Shown: piece by piece, positions 46,601 to 60,900 of the stretch
How positions within the stretch are numbered: the first letter of the stretch is position 1
How the letters are laid out: every line of letters starts with the position of its first letter
From: the human T2T-CHM13v2.0 reference genome, Homo sapiens
Assembly (NCBI RefSeq): GCF_009914755.1
Contig: NC_060940.1
DNA: 64,000 nucleotides
Reading direction: 5' to 3' (one strand)
Notes under the pieces: generated by a model
Told to the model about the DNA's origin: nothing
The model's database searches: none
The model's input: only the letters and a program-made list of their open reading frames with translations
Program-made: the position numbers and the translations under genes

Positions 46601-49600
46601 TTCGATAATTCAATTCAAGTCCATTCGATGATGATTCCAATCGAATCCATTCAAAGATTCCATTCAGTTCCATTCGATGATTCCCTTAGATTCCATTCGA
46701 TGATTCCACTTGATTCCATTTACGATGATTCCATTCGATTCCATGTGATGATTCCATTCAATTCTATTCAATGCTGTTTCCATTTGATTCCATTCGACCA
46801 TGATTGCCTTTGATTCCATTCAATGACTCCATTCGGTTCCTTTTGATGATGATTCCGTTTGATTCCATTTCATTATTCCATTTGATTCCATTGGATGAGT
46901 CCATTCGATTACATTCGATTATTATTCCATTCGAGTGCATTAGATGATTCCATTCGAGTCCATTCGATGATTCCATTCGATTCCATTCGATGTTGATTCT
47001 GTTCAAATCCATTCGATGATTCCACTCGATTCCATTCGATGACTCCAGTTGATCCCATTCGATGATTTCCTTTGATTCCCTTTGATGATCATTCCATTTG
47101 ATTCAATTCGGTGATTTCATTTGATTCCATTCAGTGATGTTTCCATTCGACTCCATTCGATGATGATTCCATTCGACTCCATTCGATTATGATTTCATTC
47201 AATTCCATTCGATAATGATTCCCTTCGAGTCCATTCGATGATTCCATTCGATTCCATTCAACAATGATTTGATTCGTGTCCATTCGATGATTCCATTTGA
47301 TTCCACTTGATGATGATTCCATTCGAGTCCATTTGATGATTCCATTCAATTCCATTCTCCGATGATTTCTTTTGAGCCCATTCAATGCTTCCACTCGATT
47401 CCATATGATGATGACTCCATTCGATGAAATTCGATGATTCCATTCGCTTGCATTCGATGATGATTCCACTTGAGTCCATTAGAAGATTCTATTCATTGTT
47501 ATTCGATGATTCCATTCGATCTCATTCGATGATGATTCCATTCAACTCCATTCGATGTTTCCATTCGAGTTCATTCTATTATTCCATTAGATTCCATTCG
47601 ATGATGATTCCATTCGATTCCATTTGATGATTGCATTCTATTTCATTTGATGATGATTCCATTCGAGTCCACTCGATGATTCCATTCGAGTCCATTTAAT
47701 GAATCCATTGGTTTCAATTCTATGATGATTACATTGGATTCCATTCGTTGATGATTTCATTCGGTTCCATTCAATGATGATTCCATTCAATTCCTTTCAA
47801 TGTTTCCATTCAATTCCATACGATGATGATTCCATTTGATTTGATTCGACAGTGAGCCATTCGATTCAATTCCATGATGATTCTATTTGATTCCATTGGT
47901 TGACATTTCCATTCGAATCCATTCGATGATGATTCCCTTTGATTCCATTCAAAGATGATTCCATTCTAGCCCATTCAATCATTCCATTCGATTCTATTCA
48001 ATGATGATTCCATTCATGTCGATTTGGTGATTCCATTTGACTTCATTTGATGATGATTCCTTTCAAGTTCATTAGATGATTCCATTCGATTCCATTTGAT
48101 GATGATCCCATTCGAGTCCATTCAGTGATTCCACTCGTTTCCATTCCATGATGATTCCATTCCATTCCATTCAATGATTCCATTCGATTCCGTTTGATGA
48201 TGATTTCATTCGAGTCCATTTGATGATTCCATTTGATTCCATTCGATGATGATTCCATTCGAGTCCATTCGATGATTCTATTCGAATCCATTTGATGATT
48301 TCTTTTGATTATAGTTGGTGATGATTCCATTGGAGTCCATTCAATGATTCCATTCGATTCCAATCGATGGTGATTCCATTAGAGTCCATTTAATGATTCC
48401 ATTTGATTCCAGTCTCTAATGATTACATTCGAGTCCATACAATGATTCCACTCAATTCCATATGATGATGATTCCATTCGATTCCATTCGATGATTCCAT
48501 TCTATTCTATTCAATGGTGATTCCATTCAAATCCATTCGATAATTCAATTCAAGTCCATTCGATGATGATTAAAATCGAATCCATTCAAAGATTCCATTC
48601 AGTTCCATTCGATGATTCCCTTAGATTCCATTCGATGATTCCACTTGATTCCATTTACGATGATTCCATTCGATTCCATGTGATGATTCCATTCAATTCT
48701 ATTCAATGCTGTTTCCATTTGATTCCATTCGACCATGATTGCCTTTGATTCCATTCAATGACTCCATTCGGTTCCTTTTGATGATGATTCCGTTCGATTC
48801 CATTTGATGATTCCATTTGATTCCATTGGATGAGTCCATTCGATTACATTCGATGATTATTCCATTCGAGTGCATTAGATGATTGCATTCGAGTCCATTC
48901 GATGATTCCATTCGATTCCATTCGATGTTGATTCTGTTCAAATCCATTCGATGATTCCACTCGATTCCATTCGATGACTCCAGTTGATCCCATTCGATGA
49001 TTTCCTTTGATTCCCTTTGATGATCATTCCATTTGATTCAATTCGGTGATTTCATTTGATTCCATTCAGTGATGATTCCATTCGACTCCATTCGATGATG
49101 ATTCCATTCGACTCCATTCGATTATGATTTCATTCAATTCCATTCGATAATGATTCCCTTCGAGTCCATTCGATGATTCCATTCGATTCCATTCAACGAT
49201 GATTTGATTCGTGTCCATTCGATGATTCCATTTGATTCCACTTGATGATGATTCCATTCGAGTCCATTTGATGATTCCATTCAATTCCATTCTCCGATGA
49301 TTTCTTTTGAGCCCATTCAATGCTTCCACTCGATTCCATATGATGATGACTCCATTCGATGAAATTCGATGATGATTCCATTCGCTTGCATTCGATGATG
49401 ATTCCACTTGAGTCCATTAGAAGATTCTATTCAATTACATTCCATGACGATTCCGTTCGAGTCCATTTGATGATTCCATTAGACTCCATTCGACGATGAT
49501 TCCATTCGATGTTATTCGATGATTCCATTCGATCTCATTCGATGATGATTCCATTCAACTCCATTCGATGTTTCCATTCGAGTTCATTCTATTATTCCAT

Positions 49601-50540
49601 TAGATTCCATTCGATGATGATTCCATTCGATTCCATTTGATGATTGCATTCTATTTCATTTGATGATGATTCCATTCGAGTCCACTCGATGATTCCATTC
49701 GAGTCCATTTAATGAATCCATTGGTTTCAATTCTATGATGATTACATTGGATTACATTCGTTGATGACTTCATTCGGTTCCATTCAATGATGATTCCATT
49801 CAATTCCTTTCAATGTTTCCATTCAATTCCATACGATGATGATTCCATTTGATTTGATTCGACAGTGAGCCATTCGATTCAATTCCATGATGATTCTATT
49901 TGATTCAATTGGTTGACATTTCCATTCGATTCCATTCGATGATGATTCCCTTTGATTCCATTCAAAGATGATTCCATTCTAGCCCATTCAATCATTCCAT
50001 TCGATTCTATTCAATGATGATTCCATTCATGTCGATTTGGTGATTCCATTTGACTTCATTTGATGATGATTCCTTTCAAGTTCATTAGATGATTCCATTC
50101 GATTCCATTTGATGATGATCCCATTCGAGTCCATTCAGTGATTCCACTCGTTTCCATTCCATGATGATTCCATTCCATTCCATTCAATGATTCCATTCGA
50201 TTCCGTTTGATGATGATTTCATTCGAGTCCATTTGATGATTCCATTTGATTCCATTCGATGATGATTCCATTCGAGTCCATTCGATGATTCTATTCGAAT
50301 CCATTTGATGATTTCTTTTGATTATAGTTGGTGATGATTCCATTGGAGTCCATTCAATGATTCCATTCGATTCCAATCGATGGTGATTCCATTAGAGTCC
50401 ATTTAACGATTCCATTTGATTCCAGTCTCTGATGATTACATTCGAGTCCATACGATGATTCCACTCAATTCCATATGATGATGATTCCATTCTATTCCAT
50501 TCGATGATTCCATTCTATTCTATTCAATGGTGATTCCATT
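46585..50540 (+). repeat. ~1.94/2.01-kb direct tandem duplication
   Basis: ORF offsets 46628->48563, 46764->48699 and 47131->49066 (1935), and 48043->50056 (2013). The junction at ~48520 (TCAATGGTGATTCCATTC|AAATCCATTCGATAATTC) returns to the sequence at ~46590. Confidence 0.9.
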
Positions 50541-53500
50541 CGAGTACATTAGATGATTCCATTCGATTCCATTCAATGATGATTCTGTTTGTGTCCCTTA
50601 GATGATTCCACATGATTCCATTAGATGATGATACTATTTGAGCCCATCCAATGATTCCCTTCGATTCCATTCGATGAGGATTCCATTCGATTCAATTCAT
50701 TGGTGATTCTATTCAATTCAATTCTTTGATTCCATTCCATTCCATTCGACAATGATTCCATTCGATTTCTTTCGATGATTCCACTCGATTCCACTTGACA
50801 TTGATTCCCTTCGATTCCATTCAATGATTCCATTTGATTCCAGTGGATGATGATTGCCATCGATTCCATTCGATCACTCCATTCTATTCCATTTGATGAT
50901 GATTACATTCAATTCCATTTGACGATTCCATCTGATTCTATTCGAGGATTCCATTTGATTCCATTCGATGATGATTCCATTCGAGTCCATTCGATGATTT
51001 CATTCGAGTACAACCAATGATTCCATTCGAGTCCATCCAATGATTCCATTCGAGTCCATTTGATGATTCCATTTGATTCCATTTGATAATGATTCTACTA
51101 GAGTCCATTCAATGACTCCATTCGAGTCCATTCAACAATTCCATTCGACTCCATTTGATGATTCCATTCGATTCCATTTGATGATTCCATTCGAGTCCAT
51201 TTAATCATTACAGTCGAGTCCATTTGGTGATTCCACCGGATTTCTTTTGATAATGATACCATTCAATTACATTTGATGATGATCCCATTCAATTTCATTT
51301 GATGGTGATTCCATTAGAGTCCATTCGATGATTTCATTCGAGTCCCTTCATTGATTCCATCCGATTTCATTGGATGATGACTCCATTCGAGTCCATTCGA
51401 TGATTCCACTCGATTCCATTAGATGATTCCATTGGAGTCCATTTGATTGTTCCATTCGATTCCATTCGATTCCTTTCGAAGATTATTCCATTTGAGTCCA
51501 TTCGATGATGATTCCATTCCATTCCATTCGATGATTCCGTTTGATTCCATTCGATGATTCCCTTCGATTCCTTTCTTTGATGATTCCATTCCATTCCATT
51601 CAATGATTCCATTCGAATCTATTCCATGATGATTCCTTTCGATTCCATTCGCTGATGTTTCCGTTCAATTCCATTCGATGATGATTCCATTCGATTCCAT
51701 TCATTGAGGATTCCATTTGATTCCATTAAATGATGATTCCGTTCTATTCCATTCAATGATTGCATTCAATTCCATTCAATGATTATCCCCTTAGAGTAAA
51801 CTCAACGATTCCATTCAATACCATTCGATGATGATTCCTTTTGAGTCCATTCAATGATTTCATTCAAGTCCATTTGATGATTCCTTTCAATTCCATTCTA
51901 TGATGATTCCATTCGAGTCCATTCGATGATTCCATTCGATTGCATTCGATGATTCCATTGTATTCCATTCAATGATGATTCCATTCGAGTCCATTCGATG
52001 TTTCCACTAGAGTACATATATTGGTTGCTTTGTTTTCAATTCGAAGATGATTACATTGGATTCCATTCTATGATACCATTCGATTCCATTCAATGATGAT
52101 TCCACTAAAATCCATTGGATGATTCCATTCGTGTCCATTCGGTGATTTCATTAGATTCCATTCGAGGATGATTCCATTCGATTCCATTCGATGATTCCAT
52201 TCAATTCCATTCGATGATGATTCCATTCCAGTCCATATGATCATTCCATTTGATTTCATTCGATGATGATTCCATTCGATTCCATTCGATGATTCCATTC
52301 TATTCCATTCGATGATGATTCTATTCGAGTCCATTCGATGATTCCATTCGAGTCCATTTAATGATTCCATTGGGTTCAATTCAATGATGATTACATTGGA
52401 TTCCGTTCTATGATTCCATTCAGTTCCGTTCATTGACAATTTGATTCCATTCGATGATGATTCCATTTGAGTTCATTCGATGATTCTATTCGATTCTCTT
52501 CGATGGTGATTCAATTCTATTATATTGGATGATTCCATTCGATTCCATTTGATGTTGATTCAATTCGATTCTATTCGATGATGATTCCATTGGATTTCAC
52601 TTGATGATTCTATTCGATTCCATTCAATGATGATTCACTTCTCGTCCATTGGATGATTCCATTTCATTCCATTCGATGATGATTCCATTCGATTCCATTC
52701 GATGATTCCATTTGATTCCATGCGACGGTGAGCAATTCGATTCAATTCCATGATGATTCTATTTGATTCAATTAGATGATGTTTCCATTCGAATCCATTC
52801 CATGATTATTCCATTGGAATCCATTTGGCGATGATTCCATATGAGTCAATTCCATGATGATTCCATATGGGTCCGTTCGATGATAATTCCATTTGATTTC
52901 ATTCGATGCTTCTATTCTATTCCAGTCGTTGATGATTCCGTTGGAGTCCATACGATGATTCCATTTGATTTCATTTGATGATGATTCCATTCGATGACGA
53001 TTACATTGGATTCCATTCTATGATTCCATTCAATTCCATTCGTTGATGATTCGATTCCATTCAATGATGATTCCATTTGAGTTCATTCGATGATTCTATT
53101 CGATTCCGTTCGATGGTGATTCAATTCTCTTATATTGGATGATTCCACTCGATTCCATTTGATGATTATTCCATTGGAGTCCACTTAGTGAATCCTTTAG
53201 ATTCTACTCGAAGATGATTCCATTCGAGTCCATTCAATGATACCATTCAATTTCATTCGTTGATGCTTCCATTCAAGTGCATTCGATGATATCATTCGAT
53301 TCCATTTGATGATAATTCCATTTGATTCCATGCGATGATTCTATTCGATTCCATTCAATGATAATTCCATTCAATTCAGTGATTCCTCTGGACTCCATTT
53401 GATGATGATTCCATTCAATGATTCCATTCGATTCTATTCCAAAATGATTCCATTTGAATCCATTTGATGATGATTCCATTAGATTCCATTTGATGATTCC

Positions 53501-56500
53501 ATTCGATTGCATTTCACGATGATTCCATTCGATTCCATTTGATGATTCCATTCTATTCTATTCGATGATGATTCCATTCGATTCCATTTGATGATGATTG
53601 GATTCGATTCCATTTGATGATTTCATTTGATTCCATTCGTTAATGATTTCGATCAACTCCATTCGATGATTCCATTTGATTCCATTCGATAATGATTACA
53701 TCCGAGTCCATTCGATGATTCCATTTGAGCCCGTTCGATAATTCCATTTGAGTCCAATCAATGATTCCATTCATTTCCATTCAATGATTCCATTCGAGTC
53801 CATTTGATCATTCTGGTAGGGTCCGTTCGATGTTGATTCCATTGGAGTGCATTCGATGATTCCATTCGAGTCCATTTTATGATTTGATTCGAGTCCTTTC
53901 GATGATTCCATTCGATTCCACTCGATGATGATTTCATTCGAGTCCATTCGACACTTCCAATCGATTCCATTTGATGTTTCCATTCGAGTCCAATTGATGA
54001 TTCCATTCAATTCCATTCGATGATGATTCCGTACGATTCCATTCTGTGATGATTCCATGTGATTGCATTCCATGATGATTCCTTTCAATTGCATTCGATT
54101 ATGATTCATTTCGTGTTCATTCTATGGTTCCACAGGTTTCCATTCGATGACGTTTCCGTTCGTGTCCATTCCATTATTCCATTCTATTTCATTTGATGAT
54201 GATTCCATTCGATTCCATTCATTGGTGATTCCACTCAATTCCATTCAATGATTCCATTCCATTTCTTTCAACAATGATTCCATTAGTTTCTATTCGATGA
54301 TCCACTTGATTCCATTTGGCGATGATTCCATTCGTGTCCATTCGATGATTCCATTTGATTCCATATGATGATGATTCCATTCGATTCCATACCATGATGA
54401 TTCCATTCGGGTCCATTCAATGGTGATTCCATTCAATTCCATTCGATGATTCCTTCCGATTCCATTCGATGATGATGGCATTCGATTCCTTTCAATCATT
54501 CCCTTTGATTCCATTCAAAGGTGATTTCATTCAAGTCCATTCGATAATTGCATTCGATTCCATTCTATGATGATTCCATTCGAGTCCATTTGATGATTCC
54601 ATTCAATTCAAGTCAATGATGATTCCATTCAATTCCACTCGATGATTCCATTGGATTCCATTCGATGATGATTCCATTCAAATCCATTCGATAATTCAAT
54701 TCAAGTCCATTCGATGATGATTCCAATCGAATCCATTCAAAGATTCCATTCAATTCCATTCGATGATGATTCCCTTAGATTCCATTCGATGATTCCACTT
54801 GATTCCATTTACGATGATTCCATTCGATTCCATGTGATGAATCCATTCAATTCTATTCAATGATGTTTCCATTTGATTCCATTGGACCATGATTGCCTTT
54901 GATTCCATTCAATGATTCCATTCGGTTCCATTTGATGATGATTCCGTTCGATTCCATTTCATTATTCCATTTGATTCCATTGGATGAGTCCATTCGATTA
55001 CATTCGATGATTATTCCATTCGAGTGCATTAGATGATTGCATTCGAGTCCATTCGATGATTCCATTCGATTCCATTCGATGTTGATTCTGTTCAAATCCA
55101 TTCGATGATTCCACTCAATTCCAATCGATGACTCCATTTGATCCCATTCGATGATTTCCTGTGATTCCCTTTGATGATCATTCTATTTGATTCAATTCGG
55201 TGATTTCATTTCATTCCATTCAGTGATGTTTCCATTCGACTGTATTCGATGATGATTCCATTCGACTCCATTCGATTATGATTTCATTCAATTCCATTCA
55301 ATAATGATTCCCTTGGAGTCCATTCGATGATTCCATTCGATTCCATTCAACGATGATTTGATTCGTTTCCATTCGATGATTCCATTTGATTCCACTTGAT
55401 GATGATTCCATTCGAGTCCATTTGATGATTCCATTCGAGTCTATTTATGTATTATATTCGTGTCCACTTCATGATTCCATTCAATTCCATTTAATGTTGA
55501 TTCCATTTGATTCCATTTGATGATTCAGTTCGATTCCTTGCAATGATTCCCTACGATTCCTTTCTCTGATGATTCCATTCGATTCCATTCATTGATGATT
55601 TCATTCGACTCCATTCGATGATGATTCCTTTCGATTCCATTTGACGATGTTTCCATTCGAGTCCATTCGATGATGATTCTATTCAATTCTGTTCTATTAT
55701 GATTCCATTCGATTTCATTCAATGCTTCTATTTGATTCCATTCGATGATGATTCCATCTCTTTCCCTTCGATGATTCCATTTGATTCCATTCAGTGATGA
55801 TTCCATTTGATTCCATCTGATGATGATTTCACTTGATTCCTTTCAATGATGATTCAATTCAAGTCCATTCGATGATTCCATTGGAGTCCAAACGATCATT
55901 CCGTTCGATTCCATTCAATGGTGATTCCATTCATGTCCATTCGATGAATCCATTCAATTCCATTCGATGATGACTCCATTCGAGTACATTCGATGATTCC
56001 ATTTGATTCCATTTGAAGATGATTCCATTCAATTCCATTCGAAGATGATTCCATTCAATTCCATTCGATGATGATTCCGTATGAATCCATTCTCTGATTA
56101 TTCCATTCGATTCCATTCATTGACGATTCCATTCAATTCCATTCAATGATGATTCTCTTCTATTCCATTCGATGATTCCGGTCGATTCCATTCGATGATG
56201 ATTCCATTAGATTCCATTCGATTGTTGCATTCGATTCCCTTCGATGATGATTCCTTTGAATTCCATTCGATTATCATTCCGTATGAATCCATTTGATGAT
56301 TATTCCATTGGATTCCTTTCGATGATGATTCCATTCGATTCCATTTGATGATGTTTCTCTTGTATTCCATTGGATAATTCCTTTCAGTTCCCTTCGATGA
56401 TTATTCTTTCGAGTCAATTCGATGATTCTATTCCATTCCCTTCGATGATGATTCCATTTCACTCCATTTGATGATTCCATTCGACTCAATTTGGTGATGA

Positions 56501-57950
56501 TTCAATTCGATGACATTCGATGACTCCATTCAATTTCATTTGATGATGATTACATTCGAGTCCATTTGATGATTGTATTCCTTTCCTTTTGATGATTATT
56601 CCATTCGTGTCTATTCAAAGATTCCATTCTATTCCATTCAATGATGATTGCATTTGATTCCATTCAATGATTATGGCTATCGATTCCACTCGTTGATTCC
56701 ATTTGATTCCGTTCGATGATTATTCCGTTAGATTCCATTAGAAGATTCCATTCGATTTTATTCAATGATTCCAATGGATTCCATTCAATGATGATTCCAT
56801 TCGACTCCATTCAGTGATTCCATTCGAGTCCATTTGATGATTCCATTCTTTTCCATTTGATGATGATTCCATTAGGGTCCATTCAATGATTCCATTCGAG
56901 TCCATTCGTTAATGCCTTTCGAGTCCTTTTGATCACTACATTCGAGTCCATTCAATGATTCTATTCGATTCCATTCCATGATGATTCCATTCGAGTTCAT
57001 TCGATGATTGCATTCGAGTCCATTTGATGATTCCATATGATTCCCTTCGACAATGATTCCATTCGTGTCCATTTGATGATTCCATTCATTTCCTATCGAT
57101 GAAGATTCCATTCAAGTGTATTCGATGATTCCATTCAAATCCATTCGATGATGATTCCATTCCAGTCCATTCGATCATTCCACTTGATTCCATTTGATGA
57201 CTATTCCATTCAAATCCATTTGATGATTCCATTCGATTCCATTCGATGTTACCATTCGAGTATATACGATGATTCCACTCGATTCCATTTGATGATTATT
57301 CCATTGGAGTCCACTTAGTGAATCCTTTAGATTCTACTCGAAGATGATTCCATTCGAGTCCATTCGATGATACCATTCAATTCCATTCGTTGATGCTTCC
57401 ATTCAAGTGCATTCGATGATATCATTCGATTCCATTTGATGATAATTCCATTTGATTCCATGCGATGATTCTATTCGATTCCATTCAATGATAATTCCAT
57501 TCAATTCAGTGATTCCTCTGGACTCCATTTGATGATGATTCCATTCAATGATTCCATTCGATTCTATTCGAAAATGATTCCATTTGAATCCATTTGATGA
57601 TGATTCCATTGGATTCCATTTGATGATTCCATTCGATTCCATTCGATGATGATTCCATTCGATTCCTTTTGATGATTCCATTCTATTGTATTCGATGATG
57701 ATTCCATTCGATTCCATTCGATGATGATTGGATTCGATTCCATTTGATGATTTCATTTGATTCCATTCGATAATGATTTCGATCAATTCCATTCGATGAT
57801 TCCATTCGATTCCATTCGATAATGATTACATCCGAGTCCATTCGATGATTCCATTTGAGCCCGTTCGATAATTCCATTTGAGTCCAATCAATGATTCCAT
57901 TCATTTCCATTCAATGATTCCATTCGAGTCCATTTGATCATTCCGGTAGG
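49190..57950 (+). repeat. Further copy of the ~9.9-kb unit (equivalent to ~21.3-30.0 kb), running into the 4130-bp array
   Basis: ORF offsets 22723->50621 (27898), 23446->51367 (27921), and 24828->52772, 26275->54219, 28928->56872, 29944->57888 (27944). Confidence 0.87.
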
Positions 57951-60900
57951 GTCCGTTCGATGTTGATTCCATTGGAGTGCATTCGATGATTCCATTCGAG
58001 TCCATTTTATGATTTGATTCGAGTCCTTTCGATGATTCCATTCGATTCCACTTGATGATGATTTCATTCGAGTCCATTCGACACTTCCAATCGATTCCAT
58101 TTGATGTTTCCATTCGAGTCCAATTGATGATTCCATTCAATTCCATTCGATGATGATTCCGTACGATTCCATTCTGTGATGATTCCATGTGATTGCATTC
58201 CATGATGATTCCTTTCGATTGCATTCGATTATGATTCATTTCGTGTTCATTCTATGGTTCCACAGGTTTCCATTCGATGACGTTTCCGTTCGTGTCCATT
58301 CCATTATTCCATTCTATTTCATTTGATGATGATTCCATTCGATTCCATTCATTGGTGATTCCACTCAATTCCATTCAATGATTCCATTCCATTTCTTTCA
58401 ACAATGATTCCATTAGTTTCTATTCGATGATCCACTTGATTCCATTTGGCGATGATTCCATTCGTGTCCATTCGATGATTCCATTTGATTCCATATGATG
58501 ATGATTCCATTCGATTCCATACCATGATGATTCCATTCGGGTCCATTCAATGGTGATTCCATTCAATTCCATTCGATGATTCCTTCCGATTCCATTCGAT
58601 GATGATGGCATTCGATTCCTTTCAATCATTCCCTTTGATTCCATTCAAAGGTGATTTCATTCAAGTCCATTCGATAATTGCATTCGATTCCATTCTATGA
58701 TGATTCCATTCGAGTCCATTTGATGATTCCATTCAATTCAAGTCAATGATGATTCCATTCAATTCCACTCGATGATTCCATTGGATTCCATTCGATGATG
58801 ATTCCATTCAAATCCATTCGATAATTCAATTCAAGTCCATTCGATGATGATTCCAATCGAATCCATTCAAAGATTCCATTCAATTCCATTCGATGATGAT
58901 TCCCTTAGATTCCATTCGATGATTCCACTTGATTCCATTTACGATGATTCCATTCGATTCCATGTGATGAATCCATTCAATTCTATTCAATGATGTTTCC
59001 ATTTGATTCCATTGGACCATGATTGCCTTTGATTCCATTCAATGATTCCATTCGGTTCCATTTGATGATGATTCCGTTCGATTCCATTTCATTATTCCAT
59101 TTGATTCCATTGGATGAGTCCATTCGATTACATTCGATGATTATTCCATTCGAGTGCATTAGATGATTGCATTCGAGTCCATTCGATGATTCCATTCGAT
59201 TCCATTCGATGTTGATTCTGTTCAAATCCATTCGATGATTCCACTCAATTCCAATCGATGACTCCATTTGATCCCATTCGATGATTTCCTGTGATTCCCT
59301 TTGATGATCATTCTATTTGATTCAATTCGGTGATTTCATTTCATTCCATTCAGTGATGTTTCCATTCGACTGTATTCGATGATGATTCCATTCGACTCCA
59401 TTCGATTATGATTTCATTCAATTCCATTCAATAATGATTCCCTTGGAGTCCATTCGATGATTCCATTCGATTCCATTCAACGATGATTTGATTCGTTTCC
59501 ATTCGATGATTCCATTTGATTCCACTTGATGATGATTCCATTCGAGTCCATTTGATGATTCCATTCGAGTCTATTTATGTATTATATTCGTGTCCACTTC
59601 ATGATTCCATTCAATTCCATTTAATGTTGATTCCATTTGATTCCATTTGATGATTCAGTTCGATTCCTTGCAATGATTCCCTACGATTCCTTTCTCTGAT
59701 GATTCCATTCGATTCCATTCATTGATGATTTCATTCGACTCCATTCGATGATGATTCCTTTCGATTCCATTTGACGATGTTTCCATTCGAGTCCATTCGA
59801 TGATGATTCTATTCAATTCTGTTCTATTATGATTCCATTCGATTTCATTCAATGCTTCTATTTGATTCCATTCGATGATGATTCCATCTCTTTCCCTTCG
59901 ATGATTCCATTTGATTCCATTCAGTGATGATTCCATTTGATTCCATCTGATGATGATTTCACTTGATTCCTTTCAATGATGATTCAATTCAAGTCCATTC
60001 GATGATTCCATTGGAGTCCAAACGATCATTCCGTTCGATTCCATTCAATGGTGATTCCATTCATGTCCATTCGATGAATCCATTCAATTCCATTCGATGA
60101 TGACTCCATTCGAGTACATTCGATGATTCCATTTGATTCCATTTGAAGATGATTCCATTCAATTCCATTCGAAGATGATTCCATTCAATTCCATTCGATG
60201 ATGATTCCGTATGAATCCATTCTCTGATTATTCCATTCGATTCCATTCATTGACGATTCCATTCAATTCCATTCAATGATGATTCTCTTCTATTCCATTC
60301 GATGATTCCGGTCAATTCCATTCGATGATGATTCCATTAGATTCCATTCGATTGTTGCATTCGATTCCCTTCGATGATGATTCCTTTGAATTCCATTCGA
60401 TTATCATTCCGTATGAATCCATTTGATGATTATTCCATTGGATTCCTTTCGATGATGATTCCATTCGATTCCATTTGATGATGTTTCTCTTGTATTCCAT
60501 TGGATAATTCCTTTCAGTTCCCTTCGATGATTATTCTTTCGAGTCAATTCGATGATTCTATTCCATTCCCTTCGATGATGATTCCATTTCACTCCATTTG
60601 ATGATTCCATTCGACTCAATTTGGTGATGATTCAATTCGATGACATTCGATGACTCCATTCAATTTCATTTGATGATGATTACATTCGAGTCCATTTGAT
60701 GATTGTATTCCTTTCCTTTTGATGATTATTCCATTCGTGTCTATTCAAAGATTCCATTCTATTCCATTCAATGATGATTGCATTTGATTCCATTCAATGA
60801 TTATGGCTATCGATTCCACTCGTTGATTCCATTTGATTCCGTTCGATGATTATTCCGTTAGATTCCATTAGAAGATTCCATTCGATTTTATTCAATGATT

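Noticed and set aside
40134-48748. The few plus-strand ORFs as a possible sign of an inversion or gene
   Set aside because: The underlying DNA remains CATTC-oriented satellite. These are chance frames avoiding TGA stops, in one case opened by a 1-bp deletion near 40762.
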